DNA from: a virus
Taxonomy: Duplodnaviria; Caudoviricetes
Strand: one strand, 5' to 3'
IMG/VR virus record: IMGVR_UViG_3300027212_000019
Location: 1-34,026 of that record
Length of the DNA stretch: 34,026 bases
Position 1 is the first letter of the stretch, and every line of letters begins with the position of its first letter. Of the stretch, positions 9,316-18,467 are shown one piece after another. The notes below the pieces were generated by a model. The model searched no databases and had not been told where the DNA came from. It saw only the letters and a program-made list of their open reading frames with translations. The translations under genes were made by a program, and so were the position numbers.

Positions 9316-10227
9316 TTAAGATACTGCTGCCACTGTGAACAATGCCACTGGTGAGCCAGCAGAAAATGTGCGTTTTGCTGCAAGGTTGAGTGTGCCAAGT
9401 CGGTTGTCACCGGCACTGAAGTTGCGCACCAAATCGATGACCTGCACTGCGGCACAGTCAAAGTTCAGACCACCAACTGTGGCAGTTGAGATGTCGAGTG
9501 TGCTGGTCGAGAGATCCTCACCGGCATCTAGCAAGTTGAAAAATGTGTCAAAATCGTTTTGTAGTGGTCCAGTTGGCACACATGTGATGTTGCATCCAAG
9601 AGATCCAAGGGTCATATCCACCGTGCCAATGCCGTCTACTGTGACTGGATTGAGCGATAGGTCAAACGAGATGTCAAACCCTTCAGCAGAGAAGAATGCT
9701 GACATTGCACCAAGTGTTGCTTGGTATGGTGCTGTGATAATGTTGCCCGGTGCAAACGATGTGCCGATAGATGCACCAGCACCAGCAGTCATGTAGTCAA
9801 TGAGCAGTGCTGGGTCACCTGCTTTTTTGAGTAGACCAGTGAACTGGACAGAACCAAATGCTGTGTTGTTGGCACTGCACTTGATTGCTGGCAACTGTGT
9901 GATCTGTGCGTTGAGGATGGTGTATGTTTTGTCTGCTGACACAATCACCAGTGGTTTGTCAGTCGAGCCGTAGATGCTGGCACCCATGGCTGTGTTGCCG
10001 TGTGGATAAAGCACTGCGAGTGCTTCAATCTCGCCAGTTGGCTCAAACTCCACGGTTATGGTGTAGTCAGTTTTTGCTTTGCCCACAGGACCATAGGCAT
10101 CTGCCACTTTATCGAAGGTCGTGATGGCAGTGGTCAAGACCACAGCACCTTTGCTATAAAATGTCTGTGAGTCATAAGTGACCTTGCAAGGTCCCCGCAC
10201 AATTGTTGTTCTATCGAATGTTGGCAT
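9316..10227 (-). CDS. Major tail tube protein
   Basis: 303 aa; IVRGPCKVTY N-terminus; two repeated tube-like halves; follows neck genes. Confidence 0.7.
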   Translation of the reverse strand: MPTFDRTTIVRGPCKVTYDSQTFYSKGAVVLTTAITTFDKVADAYGPVGKAKTDYTITVEFEPTGEIEALAVLYPHGNTAMGASIYGSTDKPLVIVSADKTYTILNAQITQLPAIKCSANNTAFGSVQFTGLLKKAGDPALLIDYMTAGAGASIGTSFAPGNIITAPYQATLGAMSAFFSAEGFDISFDLSLNPVTVDGIGTVDMTLGSLGCNITCVPTGPLQNDFDTFFNLLDAGEDLSTSTLDISTATVGGLNFDCAAVQVIDLVRNFSAGDNRLGTLNLAAKRTFSAGSPVALFTVAAVS

Positions 10228-10233
10228 GATGTT

Positions 10234-10725
10234 CTATCGTGTTGGAGTTGTGTTTTGTAGCCCAACTGGGCAATTGAATCTGATAATTTGTTGAAGCATT
10301 GGTGGGATGGCATCTTGTGCCATGCCTTGGAAGATTAGGACACCACCGGTGAGTGCATCACCCTCTTTGTCAAGTGGTGTGTGGTGGTGGAGGATCCGAG
10401 AAACTGCCTCAGCAATCTCTGTACATGATGGTTTTGATTGGTTGCCAACTTGCTGCCTCCACACGCTGGGGATCTCTGCCACTGTGCATACAAACTCACA
10501 CTGGTCCATGTATGGTCCGGGTGTGTCGGCAGTGTCTGTGTTGGCGTTCGAGAAGTTGACCAGAACAAAGGCACCACATGAGTTCATTGCCTTCTCGATC
10601 TGCTGATCGATGTCACGATGATCCTCCACGATGACAGGTATCACAGGCAGTGTGCGGAAGTATGCATGTGCGCTCAATGTCGCTGCAATGCTCTCCACAA
10701 TCTGTCTGATGATGCTGTTGCTCAT
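10234..10725 (-). CDS. Tail terminator/completion protein
   Basis: Size, position and N-terminal helix IRQIVESIAATL typical of tail terminators. Confidence 0.55.
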   Translation of the reverse strand: MSNSIIRQIVESIAATLSAHAYFRTLPVIPVIVEDHRDIDQQIEKAMNSCGAFVLVNFSNANTDTADTPGPYMDQCEFVCTVAEIPSVWRQQVGNQSKPSCTEIAEAVSRILHHHTPLDKEGDALTGGVLIFQGMAQDAIPPMLQQIIRFNCPVGLQNTTPTR

Positions 10726-11174
10726 GGTGATTCTGCAAAGTTTAAGAGTGTGGCACCGCTGATCTGGAAGGAACCACTGGATGCCACTGCAAAGGCAGCC
10801 GCACCGGTGTCATCACTGTCTGCATTGTTGTCAGAGAGTGCCTCGAGATAATTGTTGGCTTCTTGGACCGAGTCTTTGCGATCCTCACCGTTAAACTCTG
10901 CCAGTGCCGGGTAAGAGTCAGTGAGTTCTCGACGAGCGAGAACATAAGAGTGACGGCTGGCACCGTAGGGAATATAAAGACCAGTGTTGACCAGTGGTGG
11001 CAGACCACGCTTTCTGCGTCCAGCGTTGACCCTTGAGACAACCTCTTGGGCGACTGCTGTCAGGATTTCTTGTGCCTTGTCCTCTGGTGTTGGACATTCT
11101 GCCAGCAGTCGAGACAACTCCTCAGATGAGAGTCTGTCCTTGAGTCCTGAGTATGTGAGAATAGTCCAAGCCAT
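10722..11174 (-). CDS. Head-tail adaptor, Mu gp36-like
   Basis: Likely start MAWTILT at 11174; helical pattern ending RKDSVQEANNYLEAL; follows capsid genes. Confidence 0.6.
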   Translation of the reverse strand: MAWTILTYSGLKDRLSSEELSRLLAECPTPEDKAQEILTAVAQEVVSRVNAGRRKRGLPPLVNTGLYIPYGASRHSYVLARRELTDSYPALAEFNGEDRKDSVQEANNYLEALSDNNADSDDTGAAAFAVASSGSFQISGATLLNFAESP

Positions 11175-11195
11175 GATGTGAAAATGTGAGTTTAT

Positions 11196-11237
11196 AAAGA
11201 TAAAGGGTGGCAGCAGGGATTGACCCACTACCACCCT
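11196..11237 (-). terminator. Rho-independent terminator after capsid/cement genes
   Basis: Minus strand AGGGTGGTAG...CTGCCACCCT stem followed by TTATCTTT. Confidence 0.65.
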
Positions 11238-11274
11238 CTTTCTTTACAATACGCTATGAAACAGAAACAGAATT

Positions 11275-11667
11275 TTAGAACAACACCTTGAAGGTGAATG
11301 AGCCAGCCACGGATCCGAGGGTGTCACCAGTCTGTGCGATACGAACATACCGGCGAACATTTGGGGGGAAGCGGAAGCGCACAGTCTTTGCTGCGAGTGC
11401 CGAGGCAGCAGCGGTGATTGTGGTGGTCACTGCTGGATCCACAGCAGCAAAGGTGCTATTGTCGGCAGAGTCTTGCAGGGTATAGGTGCAGATCTTTCCA
11501 GTTGTGGCAACTGATGCTGGAGAAACTACTTCACCAACGATGCGCTCGATGTCACCACCCACTACTTGCTCAAGATCCATGGATGCTGAGTTTGCTGCGG
11601 TCGTGTGAAGTGCAGTGCTATTGGTATAACGAAGGTCTTGTTGATTACGATTGAATTCAAATGACAT
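11275..11667 (-). CDS. Capsid cement/decoration protein (Bbp16-like)
   Basis: LQDSADNSTF and RRYVRI motifs; directly after the major capsid gene. Confidence 0.7.
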   Translation of the reverse strand: MSFEFNRNQQDLRYTNSTALHTTAANSASMDLEQVVGGDIERIVGEVVSPASVATTGKICTYTLQDSADNSTFAAVDPAVTTTITAAASALAAKTVRFRFPPNVRRYVRIAQTGDTLGSVAGSFTFKVLF

Positions 11668-11685
11668 ATTTTTTTATGGTTGGAA

Positions 11686-12624
11686 TTAGCTGAGTGCCTC
11701 AGTTGAGACAATGGAGTCGGTGATGATGATGGGGATGCCGAAGGATTCCGTTGGCATACCGAATGGGATGATGCCAGTGAATGCTTCTTGTTTGCTGTTT
11801 GGAGCAGTCGTGCGACTCGTTGAGAGTTGGAAAGCACTGCGACGATTCATCAACAAATGCGTTGGAGTCTGACCGATTGGGAACTTGCTGATGAGTTCTG
11901 CAATCTTGGCATCGGTGACACCTTTGCCAGAGTCAGCAGTTGCATCTTTCAAACGTCCAACTGCGAACTTGTTCACACACTGCAAACCAATCCATGAGGT
12001 GAGGTCTGCGATGAATGCTGCGAAGCGATTGGTGCCGCCAGAGTCAACTGCATCACCTTCACGAAACGGTGACAAGTCAAAGGTCGTGCCGTTGCCGTAG
12101 ACATACTGCACACCCTGCACACCCGCTTGGATGGCATAGACGCTCGAACCAGTGTCAGCAGTCGTGCCACCGGCATCAACTACAAGGTCAGATCCGAAGG
12201 TTGCGAGCAACTCTTGCAGACCAAGGAACCCTTTGGTGCTGTTGGCAGTGCCGTAGATCGTTTGTGACCCAACGGTGCTGAGTGCTGCTTTCATCGTGCC
12301 AACTGCCTCAATTGCTTGGAGTGCTTCTGGTCCGTCCTCGTAGCCGCGAGCAATTGCTTTGTCGATCTCCACGCGAGCAGAGAGGATAAAGCACTCAACG
12401 AGACGCTCGCTAAACATCGATGCACTGCCAGCAGTGCCTTCATTGGCAGCGCGGAAGCCCACGGATGGACGAGTGTTGCGAGACACAGTCTTGTAGCTAG
12501 TGCCACGGATTGTGCGAGCAGGGATGATGGTCACCTCTGGGGAGGTATTGGCGACTTCTTCGATTAGTCCAACAACTTGTTCGGACCCATTTAGTTTTGC
12601 AAGATCAAGGAGTGATAATGACAT
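11686..12624 (-). CDS. Major capsid protein (HK97 fold)
   Basis: LSLLDLAK start, FRAANEG, GFLGL, FGIPIIITDSIVSTEA end; follows protease/scaffold. Confidence 0.88.
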   Translation of the reverse strand: MSLSLLDLAKLNGSEQVVGLIEEVANTSPEVTIIPARTIRGTSYKTVSRNTRPSVGFRAANEGTAGSASMFSERLVECFILSARVEIDKAIARGYEDGPEALQAIEAVGTMKAALSTVGSQTIYGTANSTKGFLGLQELLATFGSDLVVDAGGTTADTGSSVYAIQAGVQGVQYVYGNGTTFDLSPFREGDAVDSGGTNRFAAFIADLTSWIGLQCVNKFAVGRLKDATADSGKGVTDAKIAELISKFPIGQTPTHLLMNRRSAFQLSTSRTTAPNSKQEAFTGIIPFGMPTESFGIPIIITDSIVSTEALS

Positions 12625-12630
12625 ATTTTT

Positions 12631-13635
12631 TTATTGTTGATTGTTTTTGAATGCTGCTTCTACGCGAGCAATACCTGTGAGAGTTGTTTGTTTGTTTTCA
12701 GCACTTGCTTTGCCAGCAAGAATGACTTCGCCATTGATTGGTTTGGCAGGGAGTGCTGCAAGGATCCCAGCAGCAGACTTGTCTGCTTTGATCGACTTCT
12801 TCCAGAATGTTTTGGTGGCATCATCTTGTGGTGGGATGCGTCCGGCATTGACTGCTTCAGTGATGATCACATCGATCTTCTCATCCTCTACTTTTTCAAC
12901 AGTAGCAGTGAGTTCATCAATCTGTTTGGTGAGGTCATCCACTTTTTCAACAGCAGCATCTTTCTCTGCCACTGCTGCGTCTTTTTCGGCAACAGCAACA
13001 TCAAGTTGTGCTTGGATTGTTTCTGCATGAGCCGCAGCAACTGACTCCTCACGAAGTGTTGCGAGTGCTGCCTTTGCCACTTCCATCGCAGTGGATGGAT
13101 CCTGTCCTTCTGGGATCAAACCCAGTTCTGTCAGATGTTCGATGATCATATGTTGTTCTGTTTGTTTGTTGTGAGATGCTGCAATCTTCTCCATTGCCTC
13201 AAATGCCGGTTCATTTACCAATGACCCAATCTCGCCATGTTTGGCAAGACCTGCAGGGATGCCATTGACCAAGAGAAAGTTTGGCGAGAAGTAGGAGTAA
13301 TCTTTTCCTTCAATTGCTGCCTTGCCAGCACTGGTCCACTCGACATCCAGCACCAGCCCGGTGCCGTGTTCATAGCGGAACTCTTTTGGCAAGAATGATG
13401 CAGCACCGGCTGCGTGATCAAACCCAGCAAAGGGTCTGACATTGCGAGCAAGTCTTGATGCGAGATCTTCAGCAAATGATGCAAGCACACGCTGGTCAAC
13501 TGTGACCGTGCGCTTCTGCGGCTTTCCATTCACCGTTGCATGGATCTCATGCACACCTTCTGGCAGATAGACGATTGATTCTGTCAAAGAATCAATGCCA
13601 TTTCCAAATGCTGCTGTGATGTGTTCTGCGCTCAA
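12631..13635 (-). CDS. Mu gpI-like prohead protease with C-terminal scaffold
   Basis: FDH, VEWT.AGK.AI..KDYSYFSP.F and LVNEPAF motifs; coiled coil and AVNAGRIPP scaffold motif; TTG start. Confidence 0.85.
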   Translation of the reverse strand: MSAEHITAAFGNGIDSLTESIVYLPEGVHEIHATVNGKPQKRTVTVDQRVLASFAEDLASRLARNVRPFAGFDHAAGAASFLPKEFRYEHGTGLVLDVEWTSAGKAAIEGKDYSYFSPNFLLVNGIPAGLAKHGEIGSLVNEPAFEAMEKIAASHNKQTEQHMIIEHLTELGLIPEGQDPSTAMEVAKAALATLREESVAAAHAETIQAQLDVAVAEKDAAVAEKDAAVEKVDDLTKQIDELTATVEKVEDEKIDVIITEAVNAGRIPPQDDATKTFWKKSIKADKSAAGILAALPAKPINGEVILAGKASAENKQTTLTGIARVEAAFKNNQQ

Positions 13636-13676
13636 CTTGTGTGGAATTTACCATCACTTTGATATTCTCGTTAGTC

Positions 13677-14273
13677 TTATTTTTCAGATTCTGCAATGAG
13701 TGTGTCCAGCACACCCGCAGCATAAGCATCCAAGTATGTTTTCTCTGGTGGCAATGCACCTTTCCATGCTTTCTGCGTGACTGATTTCTTCAGGACAAAG
13801 ATGGGTTTTATCTTGCCATCTTTATCTTCTTGGACCAGCAGATTCTTGACTCTGAACAATGGTTTGATTGTCTTGCTGTAGGTCTTGGCAGATAGACCGT
13901 GCGCTTCTGGCACAATGGGGATGGTCAAGAACTTCGCACGTTTTGCACTGATCGTGCCGCCGGTGATCTTGTGGCTGAATCCATCGGTGTTGATGTTTGA
14001 AAGTGTGGCACCAGTGGATGATGTGCTTGCCACTGACCAATTGCTTTCTACTTTTCGCCACCACTGAGTTTTTTTTCTCCCGGCTCCTTGTGTTGGACCG
14101 GTGCCACTCCACAATGCACTGCCCCCAACACCATAATATTTCTTCACCACAACGAGTGCATCATCTGCACCGGCATTGATTGCTCTGCGTCTGACCTCAG
14201 TGCTTTGCAATGCCAACATGGATGATGTGACCTCATCCAGACCAGTGACTGTGATTGTGGTTTTGATGCTCAT
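13677..14273 (-). CDS. Virion morphogenesis protein (Mu gpG/HK97 gp10-like)
   Basis: Likely start MSIKTTITVTGL at 14273; basic; GGTISAKRAKFLTIP motif. Confidence 0.65.
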   Translation of the reverse strand: MSIKTTITVTGLDEVTSSMLALQSTEVRRRAINAGADDALVVVKKYYGVGGSALWSGTGPTQGAGRKKTQWWRKVESNWSVASTSSTGATLSNINTDGFSHKITGGTISAKRAKFLTIPIVPEAHGLSAKTYSKTIKPLFRVKNLLVQEDKDGKIKPIFVLKKSVTQKAWKGALPPEKTYLDAYAAGVLDTLIAESEK

Positions 14274-14863
14274 TGATTCTCTAGTTCTTTCATTTTTGCA
14301 ATTGCCCAAGATCTGCCAGCATCACCTCCCCATCCATGCCATGCTTGCCAACCTTTGCCCTTCTCACTCCATGTGGATCCCTTCTTGTCCACTTCGTGAC
14401 GTGCAAAGAATGACACCATTCTGGCAACTGTGTCAGGTGTGAGTTGTGTCCTGTTGGAAAGATCTCTTGCTCTGGCAATGCCAACATCAGTCATGCCTCT
14501 CTCTGATGGTGGTTTTGTTTTGCGAACATCCAAAGCATCCTGTGCTGCCTTCGCCATCGCTGCTGTCGGTGTTAGGTCAACATCTGCCTTGGCTGCTTGC
14601 ACCGTGTTTGGCAGTGCCTTCTCCAGTGGTTTGACAAATGCATTGACCATCTCATCATTGAGTGATTCTTCCAATGATGTGATGTCGAGACGCTCCCACA
14701 GATCAGGGATCCTCAAGACCACCTCATCAACCTCACGCATGAATGCACCGATGGTCATTCTTTGTGATTTGTCCACAAGGTCAGCGATGACCTCATCGAT
14801 GGGTGACAGCCATTTTGCTGACACCTCTGCCAATTGTTCTTCTGTCATCATTTGCTGCTCCAT
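14270..14863 (-). CDS. Portal-associated protein: Mu gp29 C-terminal-like helical part plus WGGDAG domain
   Basis: IPDLWERLD..SLEESL..EM resembles Mu portal C-termini; C-terminal ~100 aa paralogous to the end of 14848-16476. Confidence 0.65.
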   Translation of the reverse strand: MEQQMMTEEQLAEVSAKWLSPIDEVIADLVDKSQRMTIGAFMREVDEVVLRIPDLWERLDITSLEESLNDEMVNAFVKPLEKALPNTVQAAKADVDLTPTAAMAKAAQDALDVRKTKPPSERGMTDVGIARARDLSNRTQLTPDTVARMVSFFARHEVDKKGSTWSEKGKGWQAWHGWGGDAGRSWAIAKMKELENQ

Positions 14864-16476
14864 TCTTTGCCAGCATCACCACCCCAACCTTGGTATGTCT
14901 GCCACTGCTTTGATCCTACTTCACCAGACTCAGCAGTGCTGAAGAATGCCTTCATTTTGTTCCGGGCTGCCTGTGTCAACTCGACACCAGCCGCGATGTC
15001 ACGCGCACGTTGCAGACCAGCAGCAGTCATGCCACGTTGACCGATTGGTGCAATACGTCTGGCATCCAGTGCTGCCTGTGCTGCCTGTGCCATCTCTGCT
15101 GTTGGCATCAGATCAAGTGCAATCAGATCCTCTGGTGCATCTTCTGGTGCATCTTCTTCTGGTGCTGGTGTGATTGGATCTGGCACAATGGGATCTGGCA
15201 TCTCCATCTGTGGTGGTGCCTCACCGAGCAGTGTGTCTCCCTCTTGTGGCTCAGGGATCCCCATCTCTTCGTAAGCCCACTTCAGTGTGACCGGCAGACC
15301 AATCTCACTTATGATCTTTAGTCTCTCTGCAATTGCTTTCTGGTCCTTAGGCACTGGGATCTCGAGTGTGGCATAGGGCAGATCTTCACTTGCCACCTTG
15401 CCAAAGTTCATGGTCACGATGGCAGGGATCAACTGGTTGGTGTAGATCCCACTCACCCATGTTGCAACTGATTGCAGAATGTCGGATCTCACCGATGCAT
15501 GGACATCACCCAATGCCCGGCTGCCACTGGCACCCACATCCGTGGTGAGTGTCTGTCCAAGCATCAAGATGTCACACGCTTTGTCAGCGATGTCCATCAA
15601 GTGAGACTGTGGCATTGTGGCAGCAGATCCGCTCACACCCTCCAGCACACTCAACTTGACGTTGGGACCAGTCACAGCAGCACCAGATGAACCAATGCCC
15701 TCCAACAGGTCCTGCGCTTTGCTCATCGCCTCTGCACTGCCGTCTGTCTCAATGTGCCGCCATGGGATGCCAAAGAGTTGAGCGTATTGCATCAGCCACC
15801 CCATGCCATAGATGGCACCGAGCCACTGCTTGGTCAATGCTCTGAGATTGCCACAGTGAATGGGATGAATGCCACCTTGTTGCCAGATCCCAATCAAGAA
15901 TTTATCTGCTGGGAAATCTTCCAGCACACCTTGTGCCACACCATTTGGTGCCACCATCAATCTGTCTGTCTGGTTGGAGTCTTGTGGGTATGCCAGATAT
16001 TTTGCTGGGACCGGACAGAAGCACCGAGGTGACACCACACCATTTTGTGTGTGCCATAGGATCTCAACCACACTGATCCCCTTGGCATATGCGTCAACCA
16101 TTGCCTTGATCATGCCCATGCCATCCAGTTCAAGGTATGCTGGTCTGGGTGCATATGATTCAAGCGCACGTTCAACCACCTCATGGATCCGTAGTGCTTC
16201 TGGTGTTGGTTCCTCCTCACCTTCTCTGATTGCTGGTGAGATCATGATTGGCAAAGATGCCACTGCACCGCTGACCTCGTTCAAACACTTCCGCAGTCTG
16301 CTCCATGAGTCGAGCATGAGACGGAAGAGTCTGTCTTGATCCTCCAGTCTGCCAGTGCGAACATTGCGAAGGATTGAACGCACCTGTTCTGGTGTGACAT
16401 TGGCAAGGTCAAAGTCCTGTGTGCGATAGGATGATGGCAGTGGAGTCACAACTCCTTTTTTCTCGTCTTTGGTCAT
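14848..16476 (-). CDS. Portal protein, Mu gp29/DUF935 family, with C-terminal extra domain
   Basis: KGISVVEILW, WLMQYAQLFGIP, ILMLGQTLTT and GSRALGDVH motifs. Confidence 0.92.
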   Translation of the reverse strand: MTKDEKKGVVTPLPSSYRTQDFDLANVTPEQVRSILRNVRTGRLEDQDRLFRLMLDSWSRLRKCLNEVSGAVASLPIMISPAIREGEEEPTPEALRIHEVVERALESYAPRPAYLELDGMGMIKAMVDAYAKGISVVEILWHTQNGVVSPRCFCPVPAKYLAYPQDSNQTDRLMVAPNGVAQGVLEDFPADKFLIGIWQQGGIHPIHCGNLRALTKQWLGAIYGMGWLMQYAQLFGIPWRHIETDGSAEAMSKAQDLLEGIGSSGAAVTGPNVKLSVLEGVSGSAATMPQSHLMDIADKACDILMLGQTLTTDVGASGSRALGDVHASVRSDILQSVATWVSGIYTNQLIPAIVTMNFGKVASEDLPYATLEIPVPKDQKAIAERLKIISEIGLPVTLKWAYEEMGIPEPQEGDTLLGEAPPQMEMPDPIVPDPITPAPEEDAPEDAPEDLIALDLMPTAEMAQAAQAALDARRIAPIGQRGMTAAGLQRARDIAAGVELTQAARNKMKAFFSTAESGEVGSKQWQTYQGWGGDAGKEWSSK

Positions 16477-16544
16477 GGGTTGACCAATAGCACAGACCGG
16501 TGCCTGTGTGAAGTAAAAGCGTGTGGTATCTTATATAAAAGGTA

Positions 16545-17900
16545 TCAGATTGAGTTGAACCCTCTGACCGTCCTTGGTCTGAACTCTGACTGTGAGGTGT
16601 TGACCACTGTGGCAGCACCCATGGATCCGGTGATCCTCGATCCCATCACGATGCACCCGAGCAGTGCATCTGCTCTGTCTGGTGACTTCACACCATGCAT
16701 TGCCATCTTCTCTTTTGACTCACACCTCAGTTTGCCTGTCTCATTCCACTCAGACTTTCTGGTGGTCATCTGCTCAAAGGTCTTGGTGTCCAACTGACCA
16801 AGGTTGACTCTGCCTCTCTCAATCTCTCTGGCACCTACATGCCAGACCTGTGCAATGAGGTTGGCATACTCACCCTTCTCTGTGCTGGTCTGACCACCAT
16901 GGAACCTGTTGATGTGCCAACCCATCTCAGCAAACTGATCAATGAACCCGGTGCCGAGTCCATCTGCATCTCCCCAGATCTGACCGGCAGAGAGTTTCTC
17001 ATCTTTGAACATCTGCACAAACTCTCTTGCTGCTTGCACTGTGTCCTTCTCCACCCATGCTCTGATGATCCGTGCCTTGTTGCCTCTGCGGATGCACAGC
17101 ACATTCTCATCTCTGCCAGCAGCAAAGTCACAGAAGGCGATCACCTCGCCAGCTACATTCTCCGCCGGCTGACTGTCGAGGGCAGACCGCAGTGCCGGTG
17201 CCGATAGGACCAGACGATCCAGATCCTCAGTGAACTCTGCAAGGTGCTTGGACCTGTAGAGTGGGTGACCTTCACCATACTTGATCAAATCCAATTCTCT
17301 TTTCTCTGCACTGATGTGTGGGCATTCGGTGCTTGGCACTTTTCTGGTCCAATACATGGCAGCATTCTTGTGGAATGAATCATAGAACTGACCTCTAGGT
17401 GAGCCGGTGGATGACACCCACAACTCAAAGCGTCTGGTGCATCGATCAAATGCCTCAAAGATGGCATCTGGCACAGTCTTTGCCTCATCGATGATCAAGA
17501 AAACAGGATCCACATCACCACTGATCTTCGGATGGTGACCTTCTGCTCTGCCAGCATTGTCTGTGGAGAACCCGAAGGCAACACCACCAGACGGTGTGCG
17601 GATCTCTGTTGCCATGAACTCCCAGTGTGGGAACTTGCCACAGAAAACTTTGATTGCTGGCATCAACTGCTTCTCAATCTGCATCCAAGATCCAGATGTG
17701 AACACACACTGACCTTGGGGATACTCATGCAGGAACCACAGGATCAGTGGTGCCACCAGTCGTGCAGTCTTGCCAGATCCATTGGCAGCAACAACAGATG
17801 TGGGTTGCTCCATGGCAACAGACTCCATTGCCTCACACTGCCAGAAGTATGGGATCACACCCAACACCTTCACACAGAACTCTGTGGGTGTCATCTTCAT
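16545..17900 (-). CDS. terL: Terminase large subunit
   Basis: Walker A AANGSGKT, Walker B LIIDEAK, nuclease DFAAGRD and SPDRADA. Confidence 0.93.
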   Translation of the reverse strand: MKMTPTEFCVKVLGVIPYFWQCEAMESVAMEQPTSVVAANGSGKTARLVAPLILWFLHEYPQGQCVFTSGSWMQIEKQLMPAIKVFCGKFPHWEFMATEIRTPSGGVAFGFSTDNAGRAEGHHPKISGDVDPVFLIIDEAKTVPDAIFEAFDRCTRRFELWVSSTGSPRGQFYDSFHKNAAMYWTRKVPSTECPHISAEKRELDLIKYGEGHPLYRSKHLAEFTEDLDRLVLSAPALRSALDSQPAENVAGEVIAFCDFAAGRDENVLCIRRGNKARIIRAWVEKDTVQAAREFVQMFKDEKLSAGQIWGDADGLGTGFIDQFAEMGWHINRFHGGQTSTEKGEYANLIAQVWHVGAREIERGRVNLGQLDTKTFEQMTTRKSEWNETGKLRCESKEKMAMHGVKSPDRADALLGCIVMGSRITGSMGAATVVNTSQSEFRPRTVRGFNSI

Positions 17901-18457
17901 ACATCGATGACTTGCTTCTTGGCAGATGCTCTTGCCATTGCCACCAGTTGTGCCAGTTGTGCTTCTTGCTCTTGACCGAGGTTGACATTTCCCGCCGCAG
18001 TGTTGTTGTTGTTCACAATGATCTCTGGTTTGTCACCATAGCGTTTGGGATCCCACTTCGCGAGCAGTTTGAGTCTTGTTTCAACCTGTAATTTTCTATG
18101 ACCCAGCGCATCTTGCTTTGTGATCTCCACACCATCTTTGCCAATCTTCTCAATGTATGCATCAACAGGTGTGTCAGCAATCCTCAGTGCTTCTGCTGCT
18201 ATGACATCAAAACCAACTTCTCTGGCACACGCGATGGCATGTGAAAGTTGTTCATCTGCATTCATCCAATCACGCACAATGCCATCATGGATCCTCAACC
18301 CACGACAGATGACAGTGAGTGGTGTGCCATTACTCAACCCATCAAGAATTGCCTTGATGACACCATCATTGCGTTTTGTGGGTCTGCCCATCTTTGCTGG
18401 CACCTTGGTGACTGCTGATTTTCTGGCAGACTTCTTTGCTTTGGTTGTTGTTGGCAT
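17897..18457 (-). CDS. terS: Terminase small subunit
   Basis: Likely start MPTTTK at 18457; GRPTK-HTH and RKLQVETRLKLLAKWDPKRYGDK motif. Confidence 0.88.
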   Translation of the reverse strand: MPTTTKAKKSARKSAVTKVPAKMGRPTKRNDGVIKAILDGLSNGTPLTVICRGLRIHDGIVRDWMNADEQLSHAIACAREVGFDVIAAEALRIADTPVDAYIEKIGKDGVEITKQDALGHRKLQVETRLKLLAKWDPKRYGDKPEIIVNNNNTAAGNVNLGQEQEAQLAQLVAMARASAKKQVIDV

Positions 18458-18467
18458 AGTGAAAATA

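Noticed and set aside
14848-14863. Programmed frameshift fusing the portal to the next ORF
   Set aside because: No canonical slippery heptamer; the AAATGATG overlap fits translational coupling.
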